From the human T2T-CHM13v2.0 reference genome, Homo sapiens, in assembly GCF_009914755.1 (NCBI RefSeq), contig NC_060935.1: a stretch of 64,000 bases of DNA; one strand, written 5' to 3'. Shown in pieces: positions 1 through 13,419 of the stretch. Numbering within the stretch: position 1 is the stretch's first letter; each line of letters begins with the position of its first letter. The notes beneath the pieces were generated by a model. That model did no database searches, was not told where the DNA came from, and saw nothing but the letters and a program-made list of their open reading frames with translations. A program made the translations under genes and the position numbers.

Positions 1-2195
1 TGCCAACAGGCATTTCTAACCTTAAAAGAAAAGATGGGAACAGCCCCTGCTTTGGGACCTTTCACCCTCTATATGGCTGAAAAACAAGGGACAATTTTGG
101 GTGTTCTAAATCCAAGGCTCAGGAATTATCCCAGATGAATGGCTTCTCTAAACAGCTGGAACAGATGGTGGCTGGATGGCCAGGATTCTTGCAAGCTATG
201 GCCACCATCACTCTATTGATAGAAACAGACAGTAAGTTTACCTTGGTGCACCATTTAGATGTTATGACCTCCCCATCAAGTACAGGAGGTTCTAGAGGCA
301 AAAGGACGTCCATGGCTAATAGGAAGCCAGTTACTTAAATATCAGGCCCTTCTGCTTGACACCCCCAGATGTTACCCTTAAGGTATATTAAGTTTTAAAC
401 TCTGTTACCCTGTTCCCAGACTTCACATCCCAAGAAACAGGTCCCCAATTCATCCACTCCTATGTGAAAACCATGGAACAGACCTACTCTAGCAGGTCTG
501 ACCTTAAATATGAGCCCCTGATAGCTTTGATGTTTTGTGGTCTACAGACAGGAGTAGCTTTATTCATAAAGGAGTAGTAAAGAAGACAGGTAATGCTATG
601 GTTAGCCAACAAGAAGTTATTAAGGCCAAAGTTTTACCGCCCCAGACTTCTCCTCAAAAAGTGGAATTAATTGTTTTAATAAGGACCCTCCAACTGGGAA
701 AAGAGTCAATATATTTACTCATTCTAAATATGGATTCCTGATGCTCCATGCTCATGCTGCCTTGTAGAAAGAAAGAGGACTACTAACATCTAAGGGGTCC
801 CCCATAAAACATCACTGAGATCTTGGAACTTTTAGATACTGTCCAGCTCCCAAAAGAAATAGCAGTTATTCATTGCAGGGGACACAATAAGGGAGACATG
901 TCTAGTATTAGAGGAAATGCTCTGGCAGACAGAGCAGCCAAGGCCACTGCTACAAGAAGATCAGTACCACGGGCCACTGCACTAATGCCTGATACTCCAC
1001 CCATGTCAGCAGAATCATACTGTACACCTGAGGAAATTAAATGAACATAACAGAAAGGCTTACAAAAGAGTCCCTCATGGTAGTTGCTAGAAAGCAACAA
1101 ACTTTCTCCCCAAGGCTAAGCAGTGGAAAATAATTAAGCATTTCCATAACTCCTCACATTTGGGATGGAATTCTCTCTTCAAATTGGTTTCCCAAATATT
1201 CTTGGAGAAGGGACTATTCCAGACTGAAAAAGGGGTCACCAGGACCTGTGAACTCTGTGCCCATAATAACCCAGGAAGCCACCTACTCAAACCTTTATAA
1301 CATCAAGGAACATATCCTGGGGAAGACTGGCAAATAGATTTCACTCAGACTGCCTTACAGAGGACTACAATATTTGCTAGTACTTATAGCCATTTTCACC
1401 AGATGGATAGAAACTTTTCCCACAAGGACAGAAAAAGTATTGGAAGGGTCCAAATTCTTACTTAAAGAAGTTCATCCCAAGGTTTGGATTATCAAAAAGC
1501 TTGCCAAGTGGTAATGGACCCTTCTTCATAGGTAAGGTGACCCCGCAGGTTTCCTCAGCCTTGGGCATTACCTGTCATCTTCATTCCTCCTGGAGGCTTC
1601 AATCCTCTGGTAAGGTAGAAAGAGCCAACCATGTTTTTAAAAGGACATTAGCAAAACTCTGTTGGGAAACCTGGGAGGCCTAAGTTTTTCTCCAATCCGT
1701 AGCCCTCTTGTGCATAAGGAGGGCTCCAAGAGGAACCCTAAAACTTAGTCCATTTGAAATAACCTGTGGGAGGCCGTTTTTAACTTCAGATTTCCTGTTT
1801 GATGAGGAGACACCTAGAACGCTCACTCATATTATCAACTTAGGCCAGTTTCGAAAGATCTTTCAAGAATATGGAAATAAAGCATTTCCCTTTCCCACGA
1901 AGGAAAAGAGTAAGTCCCCTCTTTAATCTGGAGACTTAGTCTTACTAAAAACCTGGAAAGAAGGGAGTCTTCCCCAAGGATCTATTACAACCAAAATAAA
2001 AGGCCTCCTATCAGGTGTTGTTAAATACCCGTGCTGCTGTGAAACTTCCGGGAGTCACTAGTTGGGTATACCTGTATAGCATTAAACTTATTTTCTCATG
2101 AATCCCTGCAGGTGCAAGAGAAGAACACCATGACCTACACTTGTGATCCTCAAGAAGATTTGAAGCTGTTGTTTAACAAACACACAGATAAGTAG
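1..2195 (+). mobile_element. Decayed class I (gamma-like, ERV1) endogenous retrovirus pol: RT connection, RNase H, integrase
   Basis: Fragmented frames give RNase H motifs (WSTDRSSF, ELIVLIRTLQLGK, IAVIHCRGH..GNALADRAAK) and integrase motifs (PGEDWQIDFT near 1317, SGNGPFF, LHSSWRLQSSGKVERANH, LKLSPFE..GRPFL). Many stops and frameshifts. Exact family not determined. Confidence 0.93.
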
Positions 2196-2199
2196 CATG

Positions 2200-2282
2200 A
2201 CAAGGAAAAGTATGTGCAGTAATAAACCACACCTGTTGTTCTTATGCTAACAATTCAGAGTTAGTTGAACTGCAAGCTCAAG
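2200..2282 (+). pseudogene. ERV env TM remnant (CX6CC motif)
   Basis: Translates QGKVCAVINHTCCSYANNSELVELQAQ, with CAVINHTCC at 2213-2239 matching the gamma-type TM CX6CC hinge. Confidence 0.8.
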
Positions 2283-2334
2283 GACTTCCACCCTCCTGCA
2301 ACTCTTTAAAATTAAGGAGGAGTATATAATCTCT

Positions 2335-2400
2335 GAGGGGAAAATGAGGTACATCAGCAGGACTTGTGTTCCAAGCAAGAGTCACAACCCCAGCCATGAT
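2335..2400 (+). mobile_element. Polypurine tract and truncated start of the ERV 3' LTR
   Basis: gaggggaaaa followed by TG (2345) and LTR-like agcaggacttg..gtcacaaccc; L1 sequence follows shortly after. Confidence 0.55.
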
Positions 2401-2439
2401 GCAGCTTGTCAAAGCCCCAGTTTTGGGGTTTGCCTGCAT

Positions 2440-2637
2440 CAGAATGGTTAAATCAAGCTAATTAACGTATGCATTACCTCACATAGTTATCCTTTTCATG
2501 GTGAAAACACTTAAAATCTACCCTCTTAGCATTTTTTAAGAATACAAGATTTCGTTATTTACTATAGTCACCATACTGTACAATAGATCTCTTGAACTTA
2601 TTCCTCCAATCTAACTGAAATTTTGTATCCTTTGACC
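2440..2637 (-). mobile_element. L1MA-type 3' end fragment
   Basis: Matches the L1MA 3'UTR antisense pattern (aatcaagctaattaac..cacttaaaatctac..actatagtcaccat..gtacaatagatctcttgaacttattcc). Confidence 0.8.
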
Positions 2638-2819
2638 TACACCATGAAAGCAGCCATTTGTGACCTTCAGTTATTTCTGTGCTTACCTTTTTAAGCCTCA
2701 AAACATAGAATTTACCTCTGTCTAAAATATTTAATTAAACATAATTGTGACCCTACTCACAGGAAACTGTCACTACCAACAAAACAATGATATTGTATTT
2801 ATAATTATGGTGGCTATTT

Positions 2820-3045
2820 TTAATTTATTTGAGTGTCTACTATGTGCAAAGTACTTTATATTCTTTCTGTTATTTGTTAATAATTCTCACTGACACTCAA
2901 TAAACATGATAACCTTGATATTCCCATTTCATAAATTAGGAAACCAAGAGACAGAAAGGTTAATTATAGTGTTCAAGTTTAAGTAGCTAAAATTTGGCTT
3001 AGATAGAATTCAGGTCTAAGCCTGTCCAACCCAAACCCCTCATGC
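2820..3045 (-). mobile_element. MIR
   Basis: tttattgagtgtctactatgtgc...cccatttc..aggaaaacc.aga.acagaaaggttaa MIR core. Confidence 0.65.
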
Positions 3046-4479
3046 TTTGCCAAATTCTATTCTGCTTCCACTTAATATAAATAAACAAATTAGTTGTCTT
3101 AAATATCTTATATTTACATTGAAATTGTCTTCTTGAAACTCTTTGGCCTTCATTTTTTAAAATAAATTTTGTTGTGTATATCACTTTTTGAACTAATCTG
3201 CAGGTGAACTAGTTTTCAAAGACAGATCAGGCTGAAAATGTTGTGTCTGCAAAGAACCAGCTAGTGACTTGTCAGTAATTTAAATTCCATAAATGTTTTG
3301 ATTCACACATATCAGAAAACTTCTTTGAAATTAACTGTCTTTTTCTCCACCTGCACCACTTTGCACATAAAGGAACAGCTCATAACTTATACAGTGCTAC
3401 TTTCCTCTGATAAATAACAAAATAAAAAATAGCAAATATTTTTATATGAGTATGCATTCATTTTGCCATTGTTCATTAAAACAAAATTCCACTTCAGGGA
3501 AAGGGGTTCAAGAGAAGTGAAAAAAATGATTTTTTTAAAGTTGTTTGCCAGTGGCCGTGTAATGATCAGTTGCAGAATAAAAATCTCAAACACAGATCTT
3601 CTCTTTTTACTTGACCAGTATGTTTTCCACAGTACTTAAAATTCAGAGGATTAAATTATTTCTAACCCTTATTCTTCTTTTATACTTTTCTCACCAGCAA
3701 GGAAGGAAACTAACATTTATCAGGCACCTGTCACCTGCCCAACAGTCATCTTCCTACACACTTTCCTCTTACAAAGGCATGACCTAAGGAATAAAATGTC
3801 CATTTATAGTTGAGGAAACTAAGCATTAGATAAGTTTATTTGCCTAAGCTGACTTGTAAGCTGAACAAATAAATAATTTAGCCCTAGAGTGTAGTTTCCA
3901 CCTTTTAGGTTGGCAGAGGCTTAACCAAGGGTAAAGATTAAGCTGAAATTATGACAAAAAAGCAATAATTGAGAACTGAAGAGGTCTTGGAGGTAATGTG
4001 ATGGGAGGCGGTCATGGGGATCAGTGAAAAGACTGGCCTTGAACAGGATGATAAATCAAATTAATTGTCGGTGTAAGTAAGGGAACAGGGAATTCATGGG
4101 ATCAGGGGAGGGGCACCAGCACAATATCTTTATTTTGACCTCATCTAAAGAAAAATCTAAATTGTCTGATTTTTAGGTTTAAAAAATACATAAAAATACA
4201 AAGAAGAGAAAAAGTGTCATTTTCTTATAATCAATAAGCTACTATTTTAAAGTCTAACATATCTGTTTTATGAGGTTTCTTTCCATTTTTAATTACACAA
4301 AGTCATGTACTGATATATTGTGCTTATTAAATTAGGACATAAAAAGTAGAAGTAAAAGACCCCTTTGCTCTTCTACTTCTCATGACAAAAAATACTATTC
4401 TCTGCTTTCACACACACAAATACGTACTAACACATGCACACACAAAGAAAATATTTTTGACATTTAGTGGTTTATTTTC

Positions 4480-5390
4480 TATTAACGTTATCATACTAGA
4501 TGCATCATTTTCAACTTATTTTGCACTCAACATTGTTTTTCAGATTGATCTGTATTAACAAATAAAAATACAATTCATTTCTTGTAACTGCTATACAGTA
4601 ATCCGTCATACGCCATGGTTGCCTAAGCAATTCCCTAGTTGATTACTTCTATGTTTTATTACAAACAATTCTGTGGTGAAAATCCTTGTACATGTTTCCA
4701 TATGCACATTCATGAAATTCTTAGGTATTAAGAATATCTAAATTAGTTGTTCTCTAAGTAGATACCTACGAGTGAATCAAATGGTTAGTACTTATTTTAA
4801 CAAATACCATCAAAGAGCTTTCCATGCTGGCTGTGCCACCAGCAGTGTACAACAGAGCTGCCATTTCCCATCTCTGGCCACACTTGATATTGTCAAGTGC
4901 TTTAGTCTTTGCCAATATGTGAAATATGTGAAAGTGGATTCTTATTATTACTATAATTGGCATTTCCCTGATTACCTCCAAAGTTGGGCATCTTTAAAAT
5001 GTTTGTATAAACAGTAAATTTTTTGTTTATACATTTACCTATTTATATATTGGTTGTTTAACTTTTTCTTCTTATACTCTAGCAGTGCTTTTTATATTCT
5101 GATTCTTTGGCTATTATACATGTTGCAAATATCTTCTCTCCAGCAGTGACTGGTCTTCTGACTTTGTTTATGGTGTCTTCTTATCATTCAAAAGCAATTT
5201 ATGTATTATGTGGCCCCATTTATTGATCCAAATTTTATCTCTCATTTCAGAAAGACTTCTCTGGCCTAGATCATGAATATATTATCAAATAATATCTTCT
5301 ATTAATTTTTAAAAAGAAATGTTTGAGTTTAGGATTTTTTTCATCTGGAATTTATTTTCATAGTCATGTAAAGTAGGAACCTAATTTTAT
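4480..5390 (-). mobile_element. Old L1 (L1ME-like) 3' fragment
   Basis: Degenerate L1 3' antisense motifs (ttgcatttccctgattac, gttgcaaatatcttctc, ctttgtttatggtgtct, catctggaatttattttc). Confidence 0.7.
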
Positions 5391-7049
5391 GTTAAAACCT
5401 TCAAGTGGCTTCACATTTTCTTACAGGACTGAGGCCAAATACACTGTGTCCTGAAAGCATATGCTGATTCTGTGACTGTAATTCCCTTTTCATTCCTCAC
5501 ATTTTCAGTTGATTCATCTGACTCCTTTTACTCATACTTCAACATCCAGTGAAATATAGCCTCTTGCATGTAATACCCCTTGATCTACTCAGTGTTGAAA
5601 ACCCTTCACTCATCTCCTGACTATACCTGGCTCATACACTATTGTCGCATTCATCACATTGTGAAGTCATTCATTTACATGCCAAGATTCTACTCTTGAT
5701 TCTGAAATACCCCTTAATTGATGATCACCCTACTGTGCCTTCTCATGCCTCTAACTTATGAATGAGCTTATTCCTCTAGAATGAGAATGTTCTTTTCTAC
5801 TTTTGTTCCTAACTCTGACTCTACTCTATTAGGTTTGTTTGTTTGTTTTTCCCTAAAGATGCACTCTTAGATGTGTAAAAATATTTGGCTAAAAGAATAT
5901 TTGTTGCAGTACTCTTTATAATAGCAAAAACTAGAACCAATCTAAATTCATTAACAGGGGTTCCGTTAAATAAATTTAGAAAAGCTATATAATAAATACT
6001 AAACAGTCATCCATATTGAGTCACAGAAAAAATTTACATTATGCAGATATATATCAGGCATAAATTGAAATATGAAAATCAGATTAAACAAATCAGTATG
6101 GAAATAAAATATTATCTCATATATTACATATCACATATATTTGTGTCATACACCTATCATATGATATACTGTATATAAAGAGAGGGAGAGGGAAATAGAG
6201 AAGAAAAGGGAGGAAGAAGAGAAAGAAGGGGAGGAAAAGGAGAAGAAAAGGTGATTGAGGACTGGAAGAATATCCATCAAAATGTTGATAGTGATTATCT
6301 CTAGGTAATGGGCTAATAGGTGGATTTATACAAGTGTGTTGGAGGATGTATGTTGACCATCTTTATTTTCTTATTTTCTAAATTTGCTAAAACAAATATG
6401 GATTATGAATGAAAGACATTTTACATGGTCTCTAAAAAGAAGATACAGCTATCTTTGTTAACAAGATTAGTAATAATTTTTAATTACTACAAAACTACTC
6501 AGAATATTTACCCATGTATTTAATCTAGCGAGTTGAAATTTTTCAAAAGTAAGCAATATTTATAAGTTAATGGGGATGTTGTTCATCATAATTTGGACAA
6601 TAAAAATAGGGGTGCACTAGTATTAGTCTTTCTGCTATTTGATATTTTAACTGTACCAAAAATCAGGGTACTTTAAATTACAATTAAAATAAGTGTGCTT
6701 TTCTAAAAAGTCTTTTCAGATGAAATTGTAGCAAGCTGGCCAAAAGACAGGCTATTTTTTAGCAATCCTCATCATGATTTCATATTTCTTAGTTAATTAA
6801 ATAATATTTTTATCATCTAACAGCAGAAATGAATGGGTACAGAATTCAAGGTCTCAATTATAGCTAGCTATTATTAATTAGCTTCCCAAAATGTGTCAAA
6901 GTGAAAGAAAGCAATATTTCCTTTGCCAAAAATTCTGCAATTGTCATTTTTATTAGACATGGAGTTATGGGGATAAAACAAGAAACTTTTCCTGATAATC
7001 TCCCAAATGTGGTGGAAACTAATTTCTTGGAGACCAATTTTGCACTTTT

Positions 7050-7343
7050 TGTGACTTTTTTAACTTTTATTTCAGATTCAGTGGTACATGTGCAGGTTTG
7101 TTAAATAGGTATCATGGGGGTTTGTTGTACAGATTATTTCATCACCCAGGTAATAAGCATGGCATAGTACCCAATAGTTGGTTTTTCAATCCTCACCCTC
7201 CTTCCACTCTCTACCCTCTAGTAGGCTTTGGTGTCTGTTGTTCCCTCCTTTGTGGCCATGTGTATTCAGTGTTTAGTTCCCATTTATAAGTGAGAATGTG
7301 TGGTTTTGATTTTCTGTTCCCATGCTAGTTAGGATGATGGCCT
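7050..7343 (-). mobile_element. L1PA15/16-like 3' end, 5'-truncated
   Basis: ggtacatgtgcaggtttgtta..cagattatttcatcacccaggtaataagc..cccatttataagtgagaa; diverged TSD tcttggagaccaattttg (~7025) / tcttggagattaattttg (~7343). Confidence 0.85.
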
Positions 7344-7771
7344 CTTGGAGATTAATTTTGAATATTTCTTCCCATAACAGAGAAATTTATTTTCATATGA
7401 ATTTATAGGTTGTTTTATCTTCGTGTAAAAGTGAATATGTTGTAACATGAGGAATTACAGACTATTTTTTCCAACAGAGGGTAAGTTTAATATAAATTAT
7501 GGGAGCCTACAATCTTAAAAGGTGAAGCTTTGGAAGGGATATGGTGAGAGTTTGTAAAACCAGGGAAAAGATGGAATGAAAATGGACCTACATTTTAGAT
7601 TTCAGAGTTTGAAATGAGAATGCTAAGGTAAAATAAAAAGAAACACCATGTTGTATTACTCAACAACAACAAAAAAATTTCTCTAAAGGCCGCATGTATT
7701 TCAAGCCTAAAAGAGATAGAAAAACAAAAGAAAGCAATTTCTTTATAGAAGGTTAGGAAAGGGTTGAGGTT

Positions 7772-8919
7772 TGTTGCGGGAAGTCAGGGACCCCAAACAG
7801 AGGAACCAGCTGAAGCCAAAGCAGAAGAACATAAATTGTGAAGATTTCATGGACATTTATTAGTTCCCAAAATTAATACTTTTATAATTTCTTATGCCTG
7901 TCTTTACTGCAATCTCTGAACATAAATTGTGAAGAGTTCATGGATATTTATCACTTCCCCAGTCAATACTCTTATAATTTCCTATGCCTGTCTTTACTTT
8001 AATCTCTTAATCCCGTCATCTTCATAAGCTGAGGATGTATGTCACCTCAGGACCCTGTGATGATTGCGTTAACTGTACAAATTGTTTGTAAAACATGTGT
8101 GTTTGAACAATATGAAATCTGATTGTACAACATGGGTGTTATGAACAATATGAAATCAGGGCACCCTGAAAAAGAACAGAATAACAGTGATTTTCAGGGA
8201 ACAAGGAAAGATAAACATAAGGTCTGACTGCCTGTGGGGTCAGGCAGAATAAAGCCATATTTTTCTTCTTGCAGGGAGCCTATAAATGGACGTGGGAGTA
8301 GGAGAAATATTGCTGAATTCTTTTCCTGGCAAGGAATGTTAATAATTGATAACCCTGGGGAAGGAATGGATTCCCAGGGGTAGGCCTATAGACAACTGCT
8401 CTGGGATCGTCTGTCTTATGCGGTTGAGATAAGGGATGAAATATGCCCTGGTCTCCTGCAGTGCCCTCAGGCTTACTAGGGTTGGAAATTCCAGCCTGGT
8501 GAATTCTAGTCAGACCAGTTGTCTGCTCCCGAACCCTGTTTCCTGTTAAGATGTTTATCAAGACAATGTGTGCCCAGCAGGACATGGAACCTCATTGGTA
8601 ATTCTAATTTCACCCTTGCCTTATGATCTTGCTCTGACCTTTTGGCTTGTGATCTTTTACTGCCCTTTGAAGCATGTGATCTCTGTGACCCTCTCCCTAT
8701 TCATACACCCCTCCCCTTTTGAAATCCCTAATAAAAACTTGCTGGTTTTGTGGCTTGGGGTCACCATCACAGTCCTACCTATATGTGATGGCACCCCCAG
8801 AGGCCCAGCTGTAAAATTTCTCTCTTTGTACTCTTTCTCTTTATTTCTCAGACTGGCCGACACTTAGGGAAAATAGAAAAGAACGTACGTTGAAATATTG
8901 AGGGCTGGTTCCCCTGATA
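7772..8919 (+). mobile_element. MER11 solo LTR (HERV-K11/HML-8 family)
   Basis: Begins tgttgcgggaagtcagggacccc, ends ggctggttcccctgata; aataaa near 8730; 6-bp TSD gaggtt/gaggta; internal gaacataaattgtgaaga repeats. Confidence 0.95.
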
Positions 8920-9084
8920 GAGGTAGACATGGTAATATCAAATAAGCATGTTGGGAGTTCACTATGTGCCAGAAACTGCATAAAGAACTTTAGAGAGATT
9001 AATCTAATTGTCACAATAACACTTTGATACATGTATACTCTTTACCTTTTATTTCCCCAGCTTTATTGAGGTATATAGGTGACA

Positions 9085-9214
9085 CCTTAAAAAAGAAAGA
9101 AGTTTTGTCATTTGCAGCAAGGTATATGGACCTGGAAGACATTATGCGAAGTGAAATAAGTCAGACACAGATAGACAAATACTGCGTGACCTCACTTATA
9201 CTTGGAATCTAAAA
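9085..9214 (+). mobile_element. L1M 3' fragment
   Basis: gtcatttgcagcaa..atggacctggaagacattatg..aagtgaaataagtcagacacag..gacaaatactgc. Confidence 0.8.
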
Positions 9215-9313
9215 TATCTTTACTTTCATTTTAAAGACAGGCATCAGAGGTTTCTAGAAATCTCATCACTTTTCTCAAGATCATGCCACTAGCAAGCATA
9301 GAAAATAAGATTC

Positions 9314-9681
9314 AATACTATGTAGCCATAAAAAGGAATAAAATCATGTCCTTTGCAGGAACATGGATGGAGCTGGAAGCCATTATCCTCAGCAAATTAA
9401 AGCAGGAACAGAAAACCAAATTGAGAACTGCATGTTCTCAATTATATGTGGGAGCTGAACAATGGGAACACGTGGGCACAGGGAGGGGTCAACACTCACT
9501 GTGGCCCATCGGGGAGGGTGGGGAGGGAGAGCATTAGAGAAAAGAGCTAATGCATGCTGGGCTTAATATCTAGGTGATGAGTTGATAGGTGCAGCAAACC
9601 ACCATGGCACATGTTTACCTATGTAACAAACCTGAACATCCTGCACACGTACCCCAGAACTTTTAAAAAAATTAAAGAAAG
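9314..9681 (+). mobile_element. L1PA (older PA subfamily) 3' end
   Basis: atcatgtcctttgcaggaacatggatggagctggaagcc..accatggcacatgtttacctatgtaacaaacctg; TSD agaaaataagattcaa (9300) / agaaaataatattcaa (~9984). Confidence 0.9.
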
Positions 9682-9975
<294 letters not shown>

Positions 9976-10450
9976 TTAAAGAAAGAAAATAATATTCAAA
10001 CTCAGATTGCTCTATCTCCAGAGCCAAACTCCTAACCTCTCTGCTATAGTGTAGCAGCGGTATTGCTGATGTCACACAGAGTGAGGAGAAGAAATAGAAG
10101 CCAGGCGTGGATGCAGAAGAGCCTACTATATATGGCTAAGTGTTAAGTAACATTTTGCCTCATGTTTCTACAACTCAATTAATTATCACACAGACTCAAA
10201 TGATGTCAACATGGATTGCTACTTAAAGATCTGGATGATGGATCAAAAATAACTCATTTTAAGCTTTGGTTTAGGCATTTCAAAAATTGGTAATCTTGAT
10301 TAATTGACTAACCACATCAGTAAACAGAGCTTCCTCATTTCTAAAATAGGAATAATAATCATTCATACCATGTATATTTCATACAGTTGTTTTATAATCA
10401 AATTATGCAATTCAAGTGAAAATACTAAATAAACAATAAAAGTCAGTGAA

Positions 10451-10573
10451 GGCTGGGCACAGTGGCTCATGCCTATAATCCCAGCACTCTGGAAGGCCGA
10501 GGTGGGCAGATCACTTGAGGCCAGGAATTTGAGACCAGCCTGGCCAACATGGAAAAACTCCATCTCTGCTAAT
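10451..10573 (+). mobile_element. Alu left monomer/FLAM
   Basis: ggctgggcacagtggctcatgcctataatcccagcac..gagaccagcctggccaacatgg. Confidence 0.85.
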
Positions 10574-10694
10574 AATGCTTAAGATGGAATACAATTATAC
10601 ATGATACAAAAAAGTAAGGCTTGGTTTGTTTCACTTATAAAAATAAAGTCATTTTTATTTCCTGCTTTACCACTCATTATCCACTTGCAATTTC

Positions 10695-11594
10695 TTACCA
10701 TGTAAAGAGCTTTCTCATGGCATTTTTTACCTCTTCATTTCTCAGGGTATAAATGAGCGGATTCAACATAGGTGTCAGAATACCGTAAAATAATGCCATA
10801 TTTTTGTCTATAGATAAAATAGAAAATGGAAGCATATAAGTAAATATACAGGGCACAAAGAACAAGGCAAAAACAATGAAGTGGGCTCCACAGGTGGAGA
10901 GGGCTTTGCGTCTCCCATCTGCACTGTGGGACCTCAAGGAGTACAGGATGACAATGTAGGAGGCAGCCAGCATGAGGAAGTTCAACAGGCAGATTAAACC
11001 ACTGTTGGCAACCACCAGCAGACCAATGACATGCATGTTGGTGCAGCCAACTCCCAGCAAAGGGTACAAGTCACAGACAAAGTGATTGATCACATTGGGC
11101 CCACAGAAGAGCAACCAAAGGACCAGGAGGAGCTGAACCAATGAATGCAGGAAACCCCCAAGTCAAGCCACCCCTACCAGCATGGCACAGAGATGCCTGG
11201 TCATGATGGTAGTACAGTGCAGGGGCTTACAGATGGCCACATAGTGGTCATAGGCCATCAGTGTGAGCAGAATGATCTCAACACCTCCCAAAAAATGAGC
11301 TCCAAAGAGCTGAGCCATGCAGCACTCATAAGAAATGGTTCTCCCCTCATACAAGGAGTCAGCAATGAGTTTAGGAGCCATAGAAAAAGAATAAAAGGTG
11401 TCAATAAAGGATAGGTTGGCCAGGAAAAAATACACAGGGGAAGCCAGGGTGGGGCTGGAGGTGATAGTGACCACAATGAGCATGTTGCCACAAACTGTGA
11501 CCACATAAAAGACCACAAAGAGAACTCTCTGTACCTCTGAGTTCTGTGAGAGTCCCAGCATGACAAATTCTGTGATATTGTGTGGTATTTCCAT
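10695..11594 (-). pseudogene. OR4C3: Olfactory receptor family 4C pseudogene, close paralogue of OR4C3
   Basis: Single 900-bp frame MEIPHNITEF...[60 protein letters not shown]. In-frame TGA at 11163-11165 (W codon). Compared with OR4C3 as recalled: 3-codon deletion in TM1 and DRY>DHY. The symbol names the parent gene, not this copy. Confidence 0.93.
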
Positions 11595-12509
11595 AGATTC
11601 CAAGGTCACTGAGAATTCAGATGCAGAATTGCGTATAAAGACAAAGAGAAACATGAGTAATAGAACTAATTGCATGGGGAAAAACATTGCAAGTTTTCCT
11701 TTAATATACCCTTTGTCCCTCTTAACCCTCTTCTGTTCCGAAACTCTTATACAAATTTAATCTTCTGACCACAAAATGTCTGTTAACTTTAGCATCACTG
11801 GGCACCACATATCTCAGTTATTAGATGAAAATAATAACTTAATTATCTAAATTTGCATTTTTGTGGCTGCTGGGATTGAACATTTAACAGACATTTATTT
11901 TCCATTTCAAACTGGAGTAAATCTCTGATCACTTTCAGCATAGATTAGATTGCACTTGAGAATACCATGTAGAGTTAGGACCTCTTGAAATCTCTTGAAA
12001 TCTCTGTGTGTATAGTCCATACTTCAAATTAAAGCTTTCTTCTTGGAGTTTGCAATGAAGTTGGTTACACTTTTTGTCGGTTTTTCCAATGGTAATACAA
12101 TTGATATAAAACAAACTAAAGCAGGATTGGAAGAAACTGACTTGGTTGCAGCTAGAGACTTACCAAATTCTCTACTTCTCTACTTTCTCATTTATTGCAT
12201 CTGCATACTGTGAACAGCATCATGCCTAGGAAGACAACTTAGCTTTCTCCTCCCCCTTGTTTTATACATTTTTACATCCTTCTGAGTTTTGCTTTCTCTG
12301 ACCTTGGTGTAATCCTTCTAGTTAAGGACTACTAGTCCCCCTGCAATCTACAGGGAGGACTCAAAGTAAAAAACAGAATTAAAAAAAATGGGGAGTATCA
12401 GTGAAAGGTACTAGTAGATGATTATCTGCCTATAACTGCATAAGGGAAGCTACAAGGGCAGAGGAACAGGTGTCCTGTCTTAACCAGCTATCAATTATAA
12501 CTTTATATG

Positions 12510-13066
12510 ACAGAATATTCCTACTCACCCTTTTTTCCCCTGACGATATTAAGGAAATGCCTGTGAAATAGACCTAATAGTCCAGTAGATAGTTTTGGGG
12601 TTTTTTGGCGAGACTTAAAAATTGCTCTTCTAGTCTTAAAACTTAAAATTTACATTTGTCTTATCTGAATTCCCTCCTCAAAACACTCACCCTTGGACAT
12701 CCCAAAAACTATCAAAAAACTAAAACTCACCAAATCACTGCATTCAGGAAATAAGTTATCAGACCCTATATTCATCATAATTATTTGCTTAGCCTTCCCT
12801 GTTTTCCTAACCGACCACCTACTTCTTATTGTCCAATTCCTCTTCCTTACCTGTCTCTAACTCCTGTTTTAACAGTTATGTTTCCTCCCTGCTATATAAA
12901 CCCCTAATTTCAGTTGATTGAGGAGATTGATTTGAGACTAATCTACCTTCCAGCTACAACACCCAATTGAAGCCTTTTTCCCCGGGGAATACTCATTGTC
13001 TCAGTAATTGGCTTTCTGTGTGGCCAACAGCAGGACCTAGACAGAACCCCTGGCCCTCTGGTAATA
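12510..13066 (+). mobile_element. ERV1 solo LTR, MER39-like
   Basis: ccctgctatataaacccc TATA box; 3' end ggctttctgtgtggccaacagcaggacctagacagaacccctgg..ggtaata. 5' boundary approximate. Confidence 0.75.
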
Positions 13067-13419
13067 CCTGTGCCTATCTTAAATTTTGAAACTGTCACTA
13101 ACCCTCTCCACCACCCTATCCTTTTCCTGGAAACATAGGTCTTCTTAAAGTAGCTGAATCCTCCAACTTGCTGCAGATTTAATGCTCAGCATGACAAGAA
13201 TTAAAGGAGAAACATCAAGTGTCAGAAGAAGAAAGAGGTACCCAGATATATAGAAACACTGGAGAGAAAACTCTTGTACCGATCATGAAACTGCTACCTT
13301 TTTCTCTCTCCACACTTCATTGCAAGAAGGTAAATATAGCTCCTGCAAGTGACAAGTCTGATGGGGACTTTTTGAAGGTAGAACATTATGGCCAAAAACA
13401 CAGACAACAGTGATGAGAG

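Noticed and set aside
7826-8170. Internal direct repeats (gaacataaattgtgaaga; tgaacaatatgaaatc)
   Set aside because: Intrinsic to the MER11 LTR.
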